This document shows, in pieces, positions 29,867 through 39,984 of a stretch of 64,000 bases of DNA. The translations under genes and the position numbers were made by a program. How positions within the stretch are numbered: the stretch's first letter is position 1; every line of letters begins with the position of its first letter. The notes under the pieces were generated by a model. The model was not told the DNA's origin. It saw only the letters and a program-made list of their open reading frames with translations, and searched no databases. The stretch is from IMG/VR virus record IMGVR_UViG_3300025646_000015, positions 1 through 64,000 of that record, one strand, 5' to 3'. The stretch comes from a virus.

Positions 29867-29901
29867 ACTTTATGAATCGCACAAAATGTGTGTTTTGTCA
29901 A

Positions 29902-32472
29902 TTATATTTTTCTAATTTTTTGATATATCGGAATAAAATCATTAGCAAATGCACTAAGAGTTTGAGAATAATTACTTGCACTAACAGGGACTACCGAAGA
30001 AGAATTAGACAACTTATTTTGGATAGATTTTTCTTGTATCATAACTCGATGGGTAAGAAAACATACAAATGCGTCTTCTGTGTAATCCTTGTGATCGGGC
30101 AATGCCTTGTCTAGTTTTTGTTTTTGTTCAAGATAAATAGGGCTTTCTATATTTATAGCCCACATTCTACTTCCACCCTCTATCGAAAATCCGATAACAT
30201 CATCCTCTGACATACTGATTCCATTATCATCGCAATCTTTACCGAATCTACAATCAGACTTAAAAGAGGGAGTATCTTTTTTCTCAATTTTCACCAAATT
30301 AAAACCATTAAAATCAGAGCCTTGTTTAGGAAGCCTCTTTTGTGGATTTTTGTTTTTAGGAGAAATATTTAAATACTGAGCTAATTGCACATTTTGACAT
30401 TCAAACTCAAATACAAACTCATCTGCCCCTCTATGTTTCGGTTGGACGACTAATTTTAAATTAAAATATTCGTAATTGTCTAAAGATTTGTCCCTGACGA
30501 CATTGGCTGTTATGACTCCTTCTTTGTTGGGGGTCAAAGAGGCAAAACTTTGCTCTCTCCAATCTTCTGAATCAGGTGCGGAAACAAATAAACTAAAGTT
30601 AACACCATCATATTTGTTATAGTATGAAAGTTTCGCGTCGCCTTTTAATTGAAACCTGTAATTAGTTTTAGCTACATCAACATCCTTGCGCTGAACTTCA
30701 TTTCCATCACCATCAATGATATGAGAAAAATTATCTTTGATTAAATGTAATTGAGTTAATTTGTTTCCCAATTTTATTTTATCAAATTCGGGATTTGGAC
30801 ATCCTGTCCCTTCAAGATTGTCTCCACATGAATTACTAGCATTAGAAGTCTTATTTTTTCCATTAGCTTTTTCTATATCGTAATAATGGCGCATTAACTC
30901 ATTAATGAAGGAAGTATCCTTGCTCTCTTCATCTTTTTTAATCTTCTTAGCCATTTGATGCTTTCTAGCTCTCTCGATCATAGGATCGCTGAGTATTTTC
31001 TTTTGCATCTCTTTTCTTATTTCTTCAAAATCTTTAGCACTTAAATCTTCTCTCGAAACATCTTGATATTCTTCAATGTTGTCAAGATTAGATAAGTCAA
31101 TTATAGCAATGATATAATCTGATAATATACCCAACATCCATCCGTCTTTTCCACCAACAGACAATGAGCTTTTGGGTTCTACTTTAGGGAATTGATTGCC
31201 TATTTTCCAAAAAATTCCTGTAAGCCCACAAAGAAAACCCTTGCCCTCACTATCTTCACCCGCAACATTGTCTTCTAATATATAAACATGGGATTTCACT
31301 TGACCATGTGGGGTATTTAAAGTAACAATACTTTCATCAAAAAACTTGTGATTTCCAGAACCTTGTTTGCCGATAGAATGATCAAGATTCAAATGAGAAA
31401 CTAATCCACAATAAGATTTTAACCCATTATTTCTTCTTCCTTTGTGTTTACTAAGAGGTTGTATGCCACTAAAAGGGCAAGTAACATCACCAACATAAGC
31501 CTTGATAGCAGAAGAAAATTTAGTATTATCTTTTAAATTTTTAAGCCCTCTACCTGCGAGTTTTTGAAAATCTCTATTAATTTGAAGATCAAGAACACGC
31601 ACTAAAGTTCCATGCTCAATAGAATTGAATTGATTATTAGATAAATGTTTATCGTTGCTTTTTAAATCTCCAATATTTAAGTCAAATTTATCTGCGCTAA
31701 AATGAAGAATTCTGCCATTAATGGTTAAATAGCAAAGCGCACCTTGTTTTGGTTTCTGAGAGAAGAAACCTAAATCCAATAACTCTTGAGAGGTAAACTT
31801 CATATTAAAACCAAAAGACCAATCATTTTTAAATGGATCGTTATCGTTTTGACAACTTGGAGCGGTCTTACTGATAATGCCCCTCATTGATCTTTCTGAA
31901 AATCTAGCATAGCCAAAAGCTCCGCGTGAATGTTGACCATGCAAGCATGGATTCGTGAGTTTAATGCTACCCTTATCTGAAAGAATTGTTTTAGCCATAT
32001 CCATATTGGAAATACCACAACCTTTGTCAACAACAGAGAAAGAAGGTTCTGCTCCGTATGTTTTTGTGTCAGTATTTTCCATAATGTATATTATTTCATT
32101 TATGGATTCAATCTGCTCTCTTGAAGCATTGACCCAACTTCCATCGGGTACATTAAAACATTGCTCTCTTACCTCTTTCATATTTTTGGGGTTGAGATTT
32201 TTTTGTTTAATTAATTTTTCTACAACCGCATCTTGAGCATTAGTCAAAAGCTCTATAATAGACCTGCAAGCGATTTGGGAATTGGCGGTAATATTTGTCC
32301 AATTATTTTGATTTTCACCACAATATTCCCATCGAAGCTCATGCCCATCAATAAAAACACTTTGTTTGGTTAAACCAAACTTAACAATTACATTTTCATA
32401 CGCTTCTTTTTCGTTTTTACTAGCAAAAAAGGCGTCGCAAATTTGTTTAGATAATTCTTCTTCAGTTCTCAT
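29902..32472 (-). CDS. large GHKL-family ATPase
   Basis: ELLTNAQDA, VVDKGCGI, GQHSRG, HGTLV. Confidence 0.75.
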   Translation of the reverse strand: MRTEEELSKQICDAFFASKNEKEAYENVIVKFGLTKQSVFIDGHELRWEYCGENQNNWTNITANSQIACRSIIELLTNAQDAVVEKLIKQKNLNPKNMKEVREQCFNVPDGSWVNASREQIESINEIIYIMENTDTKTYGAEPSFSVVDKGCGISNMDMAKTILSDKGSIKLTNPCLHGQHSRGAFGYARFSERSMRGIISKTAPSCQNDNDPFKNDWSFGFNMKFTSQELLDLGFFSQKPKQGALCYLTINGRILHFSADKFDLNIGDLKSNDKHLSNNQFNSIEHGTLVRVLDLQINRDFQKLAGRGLKNLKDNTKFSSAIKAYVGDVTCPFSGIQPLSKHKGRRNNGLKSYCGLVSHLNLDHSIGKQGSGNHKFFDESIVTLNTPHGQVKSHVYILEDNVAGEDSEGKGFLCGLTGIFWKIGNQFPKVEPKSSLSVGGKDGWMLGILSDYIIAIIDLSNLDNIEEYQDVSREDLSAKDFEEIRKEMQKKILSDPMIERARKHQMAKKIKKDEESKDTSFINELMRHYYDIEKANGKNKTSNASNSCGDNLEGTGCPNPEFDKIKLGNKLTQLHLIKDNFSHIIDGDGNEVQRKDVDVAKTNYRFQLKGDAKLSYYNKYDGVNFSLFVSAPDSEDWREQSFASLTPNKEGVITANVVRDKSLDNYEYFNLKLVVQPKHRGADEFVFEFECQNVQLAQYLNISPKNKNPQKRLPKQGSDFNGFNLVKIEKKDTPSFKSDCRFGKDCDDNGISMSEDDVIGFSIEGGSRMWAINIESPIYLEQKQKLDKALPDHKDYTEDAFVCFLTHRVMIQEKSIQNKLSNSSSVVPVSASNYSQTLSAFANDFIPIYQKIRKI

Positions 32473-32516
32473 ATTTTTAGATTATTGATTTAATATAATG
32501 TATATTTAAATATTTG

Positions 32517-33770
32517 TCAAGATTTTTTTACAAACTCTTGAATTTTCTTAACGCAGCTTGGGTCTAATGCAGACATTTTGATGAAAAGAAGTCTTTGATG
32601 CTTCCCATCATCTTTTGATTCAATGAATTGCAAAGATTTCCCAAAGGTATGCTGATCTTTTATTTCAGATAGGTGGTTTAATTGATCCTCTTTTAAATAA
32701 GTATTTTCCAAAACTTTACCATTAACAAGTTTCCAAACAAACTTATGGCTATAAATATCAGAGTCCGAATTATCACTAGTCCACGGGGTAAATCCAACTC
32801 CATGAATTTTATTACATGGTGGCTGAAAAACTCCTTTCTCATATTTCTCAAAAAGACCTTTGATAGAATCTTTTTCTATATAATAAAACTTAGTGAGATT
32901 TAATATTCCAACATTCTCTCCCTCGAAATTTTTAACAAATTCATTTGCAAGATTCAACCATTTGATAAATTTTCTAGACCTATAAAGAGATACTCCTAAT
33001 ATTTCTTGAATGTCTTTTATAAGATGCCAATTTTTACCAAGTTTGTCACGATAAATTTCAAGAGTTTTTGAGTGAACGTCACGATTAATTAATGCTTGGG
33101 TTGTATTTTGAGATTTTTTTCTTTCTGAACGTTTTTTAAGAAAATCATCTCGATCAATTTTATAATAAGGTACTCTGTGTAAAAAAACGAAATGAATGCC
33201 TTTGAGTTTAGGATAAATAGATGTTATTACATTAGAGCTAGGCTTTCTACCAACCCAAGAGCAAATTTCTTTTGTTGAAAAATAACCATTCGGAACTTTT
33301 TTTACAGAAAAAGGATATTTTGTAAAATTATTTACAATATCAATTACATCTTGCCTTGAGCATTCGGCTGAATGTTTGCTTCGCTTGTCCTTAACAACAT
33401 TAATATTAGAGTCTGTTAAGATTTTTTTTAAATTTTTTACGAATTTCCATGTTGATAAGTTTATTTCTTCGTCATCAACAAGAGACTCTAAAGTAGATAA
33501 GCCGAGTAATGTCTTTGGAGTCGGTCTTGTTGTGTGAGTCTGATTTAAATTATTTTGATCTTCAAAAGAAATCTCTGATTGCACCGAAGACCCAATTTTG
33601 CTACCCAATTTGTACATTAAAGAGTTTTGATTTGAAGAAAAAGTTGCAGACTCAAGCTCCGAGTTTTCTTTCCTAAGAAGAAGGTATTTCCTTCTTACTT
33701 CTTCGATTTCAATCATTTGTTTTAATTCTTCTATCTCTTTTTGAGTGTCAAACATTTTTAAATCCTCCAT
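32517..33770 (-). CDS. hypothetical protein, possibly DNA-binding
   Basis: 417-aa ORF; weak HTH-like segments. Confidence 0.65.
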   Translation of the reverse strand: MEDLKMFDTQKEIEELKQMIEIEEVRRKYLLLRKENSELESATFSSNQNSLMYKLGSKIGSSVQSEISFEDQNNLNQTHTTRPTPKTLLGLSTLESLVDDEEINLSTWKFVKNLKKILTDSNINVVKDKRSKHSAECSRQDVIDIVNNFTKYPFSVKKVPNGYFSTKEICSWVGRKPSSNVITSIYPKLKGIHFVFLHRVPYYKIDRDDFLKKRSERKKSQNTTQALINRDVHSKTLEIYRDKLGKNWHLIKDIQEILGVSLYRSRKFIKWLNLANEFVKNFEGENVGILNLTKFYYIEKDSIKGLFEKYEKGVFQPPCNKIHGVGFTPWTSDNSDSDIYSHKFVWKLVNGKVLENTYLKEDQLNHLSEIKDQHTFGKSLQFIESKDDGKHQRLLFIKMSALDPSCVKKIQEFVKKS

Positions 33771-33863
33771 TAATTGTTAATAAGCATAGAATAATATATA
33801 TTTTGAAATAAAGCAAGTAAAAAGTGTAATTATTTTTATAAAAGCAAAAAAAAAGGGGGGGAT

Positions 33864-34103
33864 ATGATAGAAATTACTGAAATTCTGTTTGTTTGTTTGG
33901 GTGTTATGGTTTCTGTTACTGCATTTTTTTTAAAAAAAGAAAGTTCCAAGGTAGACAAAATATCATCCAAATTGAGAGAAATAGAAATAGATTTGGCAAA
34001 AAATAATGCTAGAGATACAGAGAGATGGGTTCAAATACAAAAATTACTAGAAGATCGAAGGCTTGATGTTGTTAAAATATACGAAAAACTAGAAAAACAA
34101 TAA
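33864..34103 (+). CDS. small membrane-anchored coiled-coil protein
   Basis: N-terminal TM; G-rich SD; GTGTAA at 33824. Confidence 0.65.
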   Translation: MIEITEILFVCLGVMVSVTAFFLKKESSKVDKISSKLREIEIDLAKNNARDTERWVQIQKLLEDRRLDVVKIYEKLEKQ

Positions 34104-34368
34104 AAAATCGTGGAAAGAGATTGGTATTGGGTTATAGGATTATTTTTGTTTTTTCTAGAAAGAGAGATGATAATGGAAATATGTTTTGCAATAATTAAAG
34201 TAATCTTGCTTCTAAAGTAAAACATGGATATATCTCTTCGGTTTTTGACAAGAGATAAATGAAAATGTATATTTTTTATTAGGAAATTGTATCAATTTGT
34301 CGCCTTTTTTAAATCCGATTGATTTTAGTATTTCGGGGTCTATTTTTTTTGTATAATTTATCATGGGT

Positions 34369-34407
34369 AAAAAAAACCCCCCACACCAAGAAATGGCGTG
34401 AGGGGTT
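34369..34407 (-). terminator. intrinsic terminator
   Basis: ACCCCUCACGCCA/UGGUGUGGGGGGU followed by a U tract. Confidence 0.85.
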
Positions 34408-34427
34408 GGAGTTATGAAGAAGAAATT

Positions 34428-34688
34428 CTACTTCTTGTTATGTGCGCAAGTTTCATTACCAGATTGCTTTGCAAGCAACCCAACAACGATTAGCAAGGTA
34501 ATAATACCTGCCAAACTTGCTCCCGAACCAACAAAGCCATCAACAATAGCTTGAAGGTTGGCGATGACATTGATACCTACCCCTGCTCCAAAAACTACTT
34601 GGGCAAGAACTAAAAGTCCAATGACTGACGTTAAAATTGTGCTAATACCACAAATGGCGCACTTTACTTTATTTACTACTTCGTTCAT
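34428..34688 (-). CDS. small two-TM membrane protein
   Basis: MNEVVNKVKCAICG..; two hydrophobic helices; start revised. Confidence 0.75.
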   Translation of the reverse strand: MNEVVNKVKCAICGISTILTSVIGLLVLAQVVFGAGVGINVIANLQAIVDGFVGSGASLAGIITLLIVVGLLAKQSGNETCAHNKK

Positions 34689-34710
34689 AATATTATTTAT
34701 TTGTTTATGA

Positions 34711-35352
34711 TTAGAAAGAAAATACGACCGATGCCGATACAATCGATTCTGCGCTGATTAAATCGGAATCGACATAATCATAACCTAATTGCAAAGAAGT
34801 ATTTTCTGACAAAGATTTACTTGCAACCGCGCCTAAAGTATAATAATCTTCATTCTGAGATTCAGTAACATCTGTATTTCCATAAGATGCGGACAATCCT
34901 AATTCGGCAAAATCAAGATTAAAACTATGACCCAAGCCAAGCTCGAATGTATATAGCTCATCGTCTGTATCTCTGAATAAAGATACCGAAGGGCTGAACA
35001 ATGTGTCAAGTGTTGCAGTTACTTCGACCTCAAGGCTGGAAGAAGAAGAACGTTGTTCAAAATGTTGTAATCCAACATAAAGGTCAAGTAATTCTCCAAA
35101 TTGCTTTGATGCTCCACCTTCGATAATATAAGAATCTTCGCCTACTGAAACAGGTTGATTGGTTGATGCTCCTACCGAGAACTCAAAACCTAAAAGGTCT
35201 TTGCTGTAAGAAACGGAAGATTGAACTGCCTCTTCAGAGAGCAATGCCCCTCTGCGAAAATAGTCAGAGGTGTATCCGATACTTGCAGAACCCGCAAGAG
35301 CGACGTTAGAAATTAGACACAAAAGTGCCGTCATATATTTTGTTTTTTTCAT
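34711..35352 (-). CDS. outer-membrane beta-barrel (TorF-like putative porin)
   Basis: Signal peptide, SDYFRRG, amphipathic strands, terminal Phe. Confidence 0.8.
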   Translation of the reverse strand: MKKTKYMTALLCLISNVALAGSASIGYTSDYFRRGALLSEEAVQSSVSYSKDLLGFEFSVGASTNQPVSVGEDSYIIEGGASKQFGELLDLYVGLQHFEQRSSSSSLEVEVTATLDTLFSPSVSLFRDTDDELYTFELGLGHSFNLDFAELGLSASYGNTDVTESQNEDYYTLGAVASKSLSENTSLQLGYDYVDSDLISAESIVSASVVFSF

Positions 35353-35393
35353 AATTTTAGTTTGTTATTAAGAAATTGCTATTCGTTAAGAAA

Positions 35394-35618
35394 TTACTCT
35401 TCGTCAAAAAAATCTTCGTCTACTTCAAATTCGATGTCTTCGCCAATTAATTCTTTTTTCTTATCCTCTATATTACGCAAAATTTTAAGAATTTCCATTT
35501 TTTTTTCTTCCAAAGCTCCGACTTCAGTAAAAACATTAATGTCAAATTCTCCTAAATATCTATCGCATAGATTATCTAAGTCAAATCTAAAGGCATCTGT
35601 TTGTTCATCAAAATCCAT
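35394..35618 (-). CDS. acidic hypothetical protein
   Basis: ORF track. Confidence 0.65.
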   Translation of the reverse strand: MDFDEQTDAFRFDLDNLCDRYLGEFDINVFTEVGALEEKKMEILKILRNIEDKKKELIGEDIEFEVDEDFFDEE

Positions 35619-36126
35619 CTTTTTCCCAAATAGTACAGCGTTTTAATTTTTTAATATCACTAGTTTTTATGAGCGATATTTCTTCTTGATCTCTGCGTTG
35701 ATAAATTCGATACTTAGCATCTGACGATCTTTTTGCAAAATCTTTTGATTTGTCAACCAAGGATTCAGAAAGACGTAATAGAGATATTCTGTCAACCATC
35801 AAGAAGGCACGTTCTTTTTCAAATGCAATATAGTCGGCATCTCCATAAAGCCAACCCTTGAATCCATTTGCATTTTTAAATTCAACCCAAGTCCAATCAT
35901 CATTATATGACGCATCATAAGCTGATAATTTTTTCCTAGCTTTTACATCAACTGATTTAATTACATTTTCTTTTTTAAGAAAAAAATCTATGTGATTTAT
36001 TTTATTTTCAGAAACTTTAGAGGGGGAAACTTCAAAGCCATTTTTGACAGCTAAAGAAATGAAAATTCTTTCTGCCCTAGAACCTATATTTGCCGCGCTT
36101 CTTTTATCGTACTGATGTGTAAACAT
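35608..36126 (-). CDS. PD-(D/E)XK nuclease
   Basis: GSRAE..IDF..VDVK..WVEFKN..GWLYGDADYIAFE. Confidence 0.75.
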   Translation of the reverse strand: MFTHQYDKRSAANIGSRAERIFISLAVKNGFEVSPSKVSENKINHIDFFLKKENVIKSVDVKARKKLSAYDASYNDDWTWVEFKNANGFKGWLYGDADYIAFEKERAFLMVDRISLLRLSESLVDKSKDFAKRSSDAKYRIYQRRDQEEISLIKTSDIKKLKRCTIWEKDGF

Positions 36127-36129
36127 AAA

Positions 36130-37059
36130 TTAAACAAAAGATTTTACAGTGCTTTTACCAAGAGGAGTTAATTTTCTCTTGACATCTATTTCCATTAAAT
36201 TTTTTCTTATGAGATATTTTTCGTGGTCAGACCTTAATGAAGTTGTACTTAAGCCTGTTTTAGCTGCGAGCATAGACAATGTACAAGCGCCACTTTCTTC
36301 CAAAATGGATAAAATTTGTTTTTCTGTACAAGTTAATCCAAAGGGAAGTATGCCTAAAATATCACAAAAATCATGATAGTGAGACATTTTCAATATTTTA
36401 ATTTTATTAGACGCTATATACAAATTCAAATCCTTTGCCCTCATTATAGCATTACGAGCATTGCCACGAACGATTGAACTAATTTGACTTAAGACATCTT
36501 TGTCAACAGGACAATCAATAAACCTAGACATTATTTCACCTAATTGATCCTCTGTATAAGGATCAAAATCAACAGATGTTAATCTATCTTTGAGGGGCGG
36601 AAAGAGTTTATCGCTCTCTGTTGTTGCAAATAAAAAAGATTGCTTTTTGAAATTGAACGGAAATCTAGTTTCTTTCCATGTAAACTCTCTTAAATGAGAT
36701 GCTCTAGTATCTAATATAGATAATAAAGCCATAGTCAAATCTCTTGGCAACTCATGAGCTTCGTCAAATAAGATTGTTATTTCATTGTCTAAGACAAGAG
36801 GGATGAAAATTTGCTCAAAGAAATTATCATTATTTTTTATTGTAGAACAATTTAATTCAAGCAATGGTCTTTTGCTTCCGTTTTGATTGACAAGATTTCT
36901 AGCATAAGCATTGGCAAACTCAGTTTTACCTAAACCTTTAGCCCCAAAGAATCCTAAGAAGGGGCTGACTCCTGTCACATGAAAAGCATTTAGATAAAAA
37001 CCCAACTTTTTCTTAACGTTTTCTTGACCCACAAGATGTCCAAATATATCTTTCTTCAT
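36130..37059 (-). CDS. ruvB: RuvB-like AAA+ ATPase
   Basis: LVGQENVK, GAKGLGKT, FDEAH, ATT, PLKDR, RGNAR, C-terminal wHTH. Confidence 0.88.
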   Translation of the reverse strand: MKKDIFGHLVGQENVKKKLGFYLNAFHVTGVSPFLGFFGAKGLGKTEFANAYARNLVNQNGSKRPLLELNCSTIKNNDNFFEQIFIPLVLDNEITILFDEAHELPRDLTMALLSILDTRASHLREFTWKETRFPFNFKKQSFLFATTESDKLFPPLKDRLTSVDFDPYTEDQLGEIMSRFIDCPVDKDVLSQISSIVRGNARNAIMRAKDLNLYIASNKIKILKMSHYHDFCDILGILPFGLTCTEKQILSILEESGACTLSMLAAKTGLSTTSLRSDHEKYLIRKNLMEIDVKRKLTPLGKSTVKSFV

Positions 37060-37076
37060 AATTTATACTCCTAATT

Positions 37077-37346
37077 TTAATCTTCAAATGTGTTAACTGT
37101 ATATAAGACATTATCAGATTTTTCATCTGATGTCAAATCAATTTTAGGAGTATTTTGAGAAGGCTCTAAAGAAAAACCTAAATTTTCTAACCAAACCCTA
37201 CTGACAGTTATGGGGGTTTTTTCGCCTATGTATTCTTTGAGTTGATCAAAAGATACTTTGACGAAAGAATTAGCTCCTTTTCTCCTTCCACTTCCAGATT
37301 TTCTTGGAGTTCCATCTTTATTTAAAGTAATATTTCTGTTTTTCAT
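37077..37346 (-). CDS. small basic protein with AT-hook-like motif
   Basis: GTPRKSGSGRRKG; TTGACT-17-CATAAT-7-ATG. Confidence 0.65.
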   Translation of the reverse strand: MKNRNITLNKDGTPRKSGSGRRKGANSFVKVSFDQLKEYIGEKTPITVSRVWLENLGFSLEPSQNTPKIDLTSDEKSDNVLYTVNTFED

Positions 37347-37415
37347 AATAATTATTATGCCACAAAAATAACCATTAGTCAAGTTTTTTTAAAAAAAAAT
37401 AAATTTTTAAAAAAA

Positions 37416-37697
37416 TTAAGATAAGAATGTGTCGGGGATTTGGTCGTGATCTATGAATGAACCGCTATTGTTGTCGGAAGATTCATAAATGATAAGATCG
37501 GGAGCTTTATCATTAGATTTCATTTTGTTTAAGAAAACAACGACATTTAATTCCTTCTCTTCGTCAGAGCCTTTATTTAGTTTGATTAATCCTGAATAAA
37601 ACTGTTGAGTCTTACCCTCTTTTCTCCAAAGAGCGCCAAGTTCACGCTTACGCCATTCAGATGTTGATTTATTTTCTGTGCTATGTGTATTATCCAT
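37416..37697 (-). CDS. DUF736-like protein
   Basis: ELGALW..FYSG..KAPD; acidic tail. Confidence 0.65.
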   Translation of the reverse strand: MDNTHSTENKSTSEWRKRELGALWRKEGKTQQFYSGLIKLNKGSDEEKELNVVVFLNKMKSNDKAPDLIIYESSDNNSGSFIDHDQIPDTFLS

Positions 37698-37802
37698 ATT
37701 ATTTATATAATTGTTAATTTCGAAGTATTATAAATGAATTATAAAATAAAGTCAAGTTTTTTTATTTCTATTGATTTTTTTTTAAAAGAACTTATCATAA
37801 GT

Positions 37803-38636
37803 ATGAATCAAAAATATATGCATAGAACAGTCGCAAACTCCTTAGGTAGTGGGTTTTTTTCGTGTTGTGGTAGCTTACTTGAGCTAATATTTAATTACAA
37901 TAGGATGACTGGAGAAATCCCATTATTTGTAGATAACTCTTTTAGTTTTAGAAATTTCAAAACAATAAAAAAAGAAAAAGAAGATATATTTTTTGATTTC
38001 TTTGATGAGCCGAAAGTTAGTAAAGCCAAAGTGGGGAAAATCAAAAACAAGGTTACGAAAAATATATCTGAATTCAAGAAGTTTGAAAAAATTGAATTTG
38101 AGAAAATAAACTTTTTAATAAAAACATTTTTTAACCCAAGCGAAGAGATTAGAAAAATCAAAAAAGAAATAGAAGATAAGTTTAAAATTAATCCTGAAAA
38201 CACTTGTTCTGTTTTATATCGAGGCAATGACAAAATAACCGAGATGGCGGAAACGAAAAAGTCTTGGTATTTGAAAGAAATAAAAAAAATAAATAAAAAA
38301 GAGGAGGATTTAGACTTCTTTATTCAAACAGATGATTCCAGCTTTTTAGCATATGCAAAATCCTTTATTTCAAAAGAAATAAATTATAAAACAGCAGGAG
38401 AATACATCAGATCATTTGATGATAAAACTCACTCTGTTAACACATTTTTTGGGACAGCAGAGGATTCAAGAATTAAGAATTACAAATACGCAAAGAATTT
38501 CTTAGCCATTATGATGATTATTGCCGAAAGTAAATATATTATTTGCAATTCAGGAAATGTAGGACTTTGGGCTTGTTTATTTAGGGGGAATGCAAAAAAT
38601 GTGGTACAAAAGTTGCCCAAAAAAGTATTTTTATAA
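37803..38636 (+). CDS. NodZ/fucosyltransferase-like glycosyltransferase
   Basis: SGFFS, VLYRGNDK, FIQTD, ICNSGN. Confidence 0.75.
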   Translation: MNQKYMHRTVANSLGSGFFSCCGSLLELIFNYNRMTGEIPLFVDNSFSFRNFKTIKKEKEDIFFDFFDEPKVSKAKVGKIKNKVTKNISEFKKFEKIEFEKINFLIKTFFNPSEEIRKIKKEIEDKFKINPENTCSVLYRGNDKITEMAETKKSWYLKEIKKINKKEEDLDFFIQTDDSSFLAYAKSFISKEINYKTAGEYIRSFDDKTHSVNTFFGTAEDSRIKNYKYAKNFLAIMMIIAESKYIICNSGNVGLWACLFRGNAKNVVQKLPKKVFL

Positions 38637-39392
38637 AATATGATTTTTGATTTCTAAATTTCTATTATTAATCCTCATTTGCTTGAGGATATGTTTTTTA
38701 TCTTCTAAGTAATCTTCTTGATTTAAATAAAGATTGGGATTCCATTTTATAAAAATTTTGTTAATTTTTTTGTACAAAGGTGAAGACAACAATGCATTAA
38801 GTAATTTTTTTTCATCCCCCTGCACATCAATTTTCATAACAATATAAGGATTAAAATAATCTTTAAAGACATCAACCAACAAATTATGTATACCTATACA
38901 TTTAACATTTTTAGTATCATACTTTACGCTATGAAAGTTTCCCCAATGATCAATATTTGCTATAGTGGAAGAACCAAATGGTTTGGTTTCGAAATGAGAA
39001 CCTTTTGATCTTTGAACCATTTTAACTAATTTTGCTTCATTAAATCCACTTTGAGCCGAAACCCCTAAATTCTCGTATGTAAAGTTTTTGAATTTTGGCA
39101 ATGTGTTCGTAATGGGATATGATGCAAAAAATACAGATTCATCTAATTCATAACAACGAACATCCCATGAATTATCAATACCAAAATCATTAACATATTT
39201 TTTAAGTCCATTAAAATTGCCAGAACCAATATCAATAAAAACTTTTTGTTTTTCGGTGTATTCAATAATTGAATCTAGTAATTGTTTGCAATCGAATTCT
39301 AAGTTATTTTCATTCTTGAAGGATTCTATTGTTGATAGAATTTGTGATCTAATTGTAGTTTTAGTTTTTTGTATTTTTTGTTTTGTTTTCAT
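38631..39392 (-). CDS. FkbM-like methyltransferase
   Basis: FIDIG, YE, MKIDVQGDE. Confidence 0.75.
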   Translation of the reverse strand: MKTKQKIQKTKTTIRSQILSTIESFKNENNLEFDCKQLLDSIIEYTEKQKVFIDIGSGNFNGLKKYVNDFGIDNSWDVRCYELDESVFFASYPITNTLPKFKNFTYENLGVSAQSGFNEAKLVKMVQRSKGSHFETKPFGSSTIANIDHWGNFHSVKYDTKNVKCIGIHNLLVDVFKDYFNPYIVMKIDVQGDEKKLLNALLSSPLYKKINKIFIKWNPNLYLNQEDYLEDKKHILKQMRINNRNLEIKNHIL

Positions 39393-39984
39393 TGATTTTT
39401 TTATATTGAATTATTTTTTCACATAATTTATAGAGTTCATCTAAGCTCAAATCACCTTTTGCCGTATTTGCCGATTTTATGCATATACCTAAATTGCTTA
39501 GATCATTTGTTCCCCCTTTGGATGTAGGAATGATATGATCGAGGTTATATGTTTCAGGTTTATTTAAATCTATTTTTTCTCCAGTTAAATAACAGACAGG
39601 ATTATCTCCTATTTTATTCAACACATCTTGATAGGAATAATTAGAGGAAATGTTATTTACAAGTCCATGCGTTTTATGCTTATTACTTCTTTTAAAAGTC
39701 TTGACTTTTCCTCTAAAAGATTGGTTGTCAAATTCTTCTTTGGAAGTTCTATTTCTAAATGCAGAAATTTTTCTGAAAATTGATTTTCTGTTTTTAGTTT
39801 GAGACCGAACTCTTTCTTTTTCTGAACCATCTCCACAATGGTAACTAATTGTTGATTTAGAACAATTTAATATTGATTGAATTTCTTTGTAGCTTTTACC
39901 TTCTGATCTTAATTTTAAGATATCTTCCTTTCGCTTTTTATTATTTAAATTTTTTCTTTTTTTTGTCTGGAAAGTTTGGTTCAT
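39361..39984 (-). CDS. HNH endonuclease with N-terminal HTH
   Basis: GKSYKEIQSILNCSKSTISYH; CYLTG..LDHIIPTSKGGTNDLSNL. Confidence 0.9.
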   Translation of the reverse strand: MNQTFQTKKRKNLNNKKRKEDILKLRSEGKSYKEIQSILNCSKSTISYHCGDGSEKERVRSQTKNRKSIFRKISAFRNRTSKEEFDNQSFRGKVKTFKRSNKHKTHGLVNNISSNYSYQDVLNKIGDNPVCYLTGEKIDLNKPETYNLDHIIPTSKGGTNDLSNLGICIKSANTAKGDLSLDELYKLCEKIIQYKKINENKTKNTKN

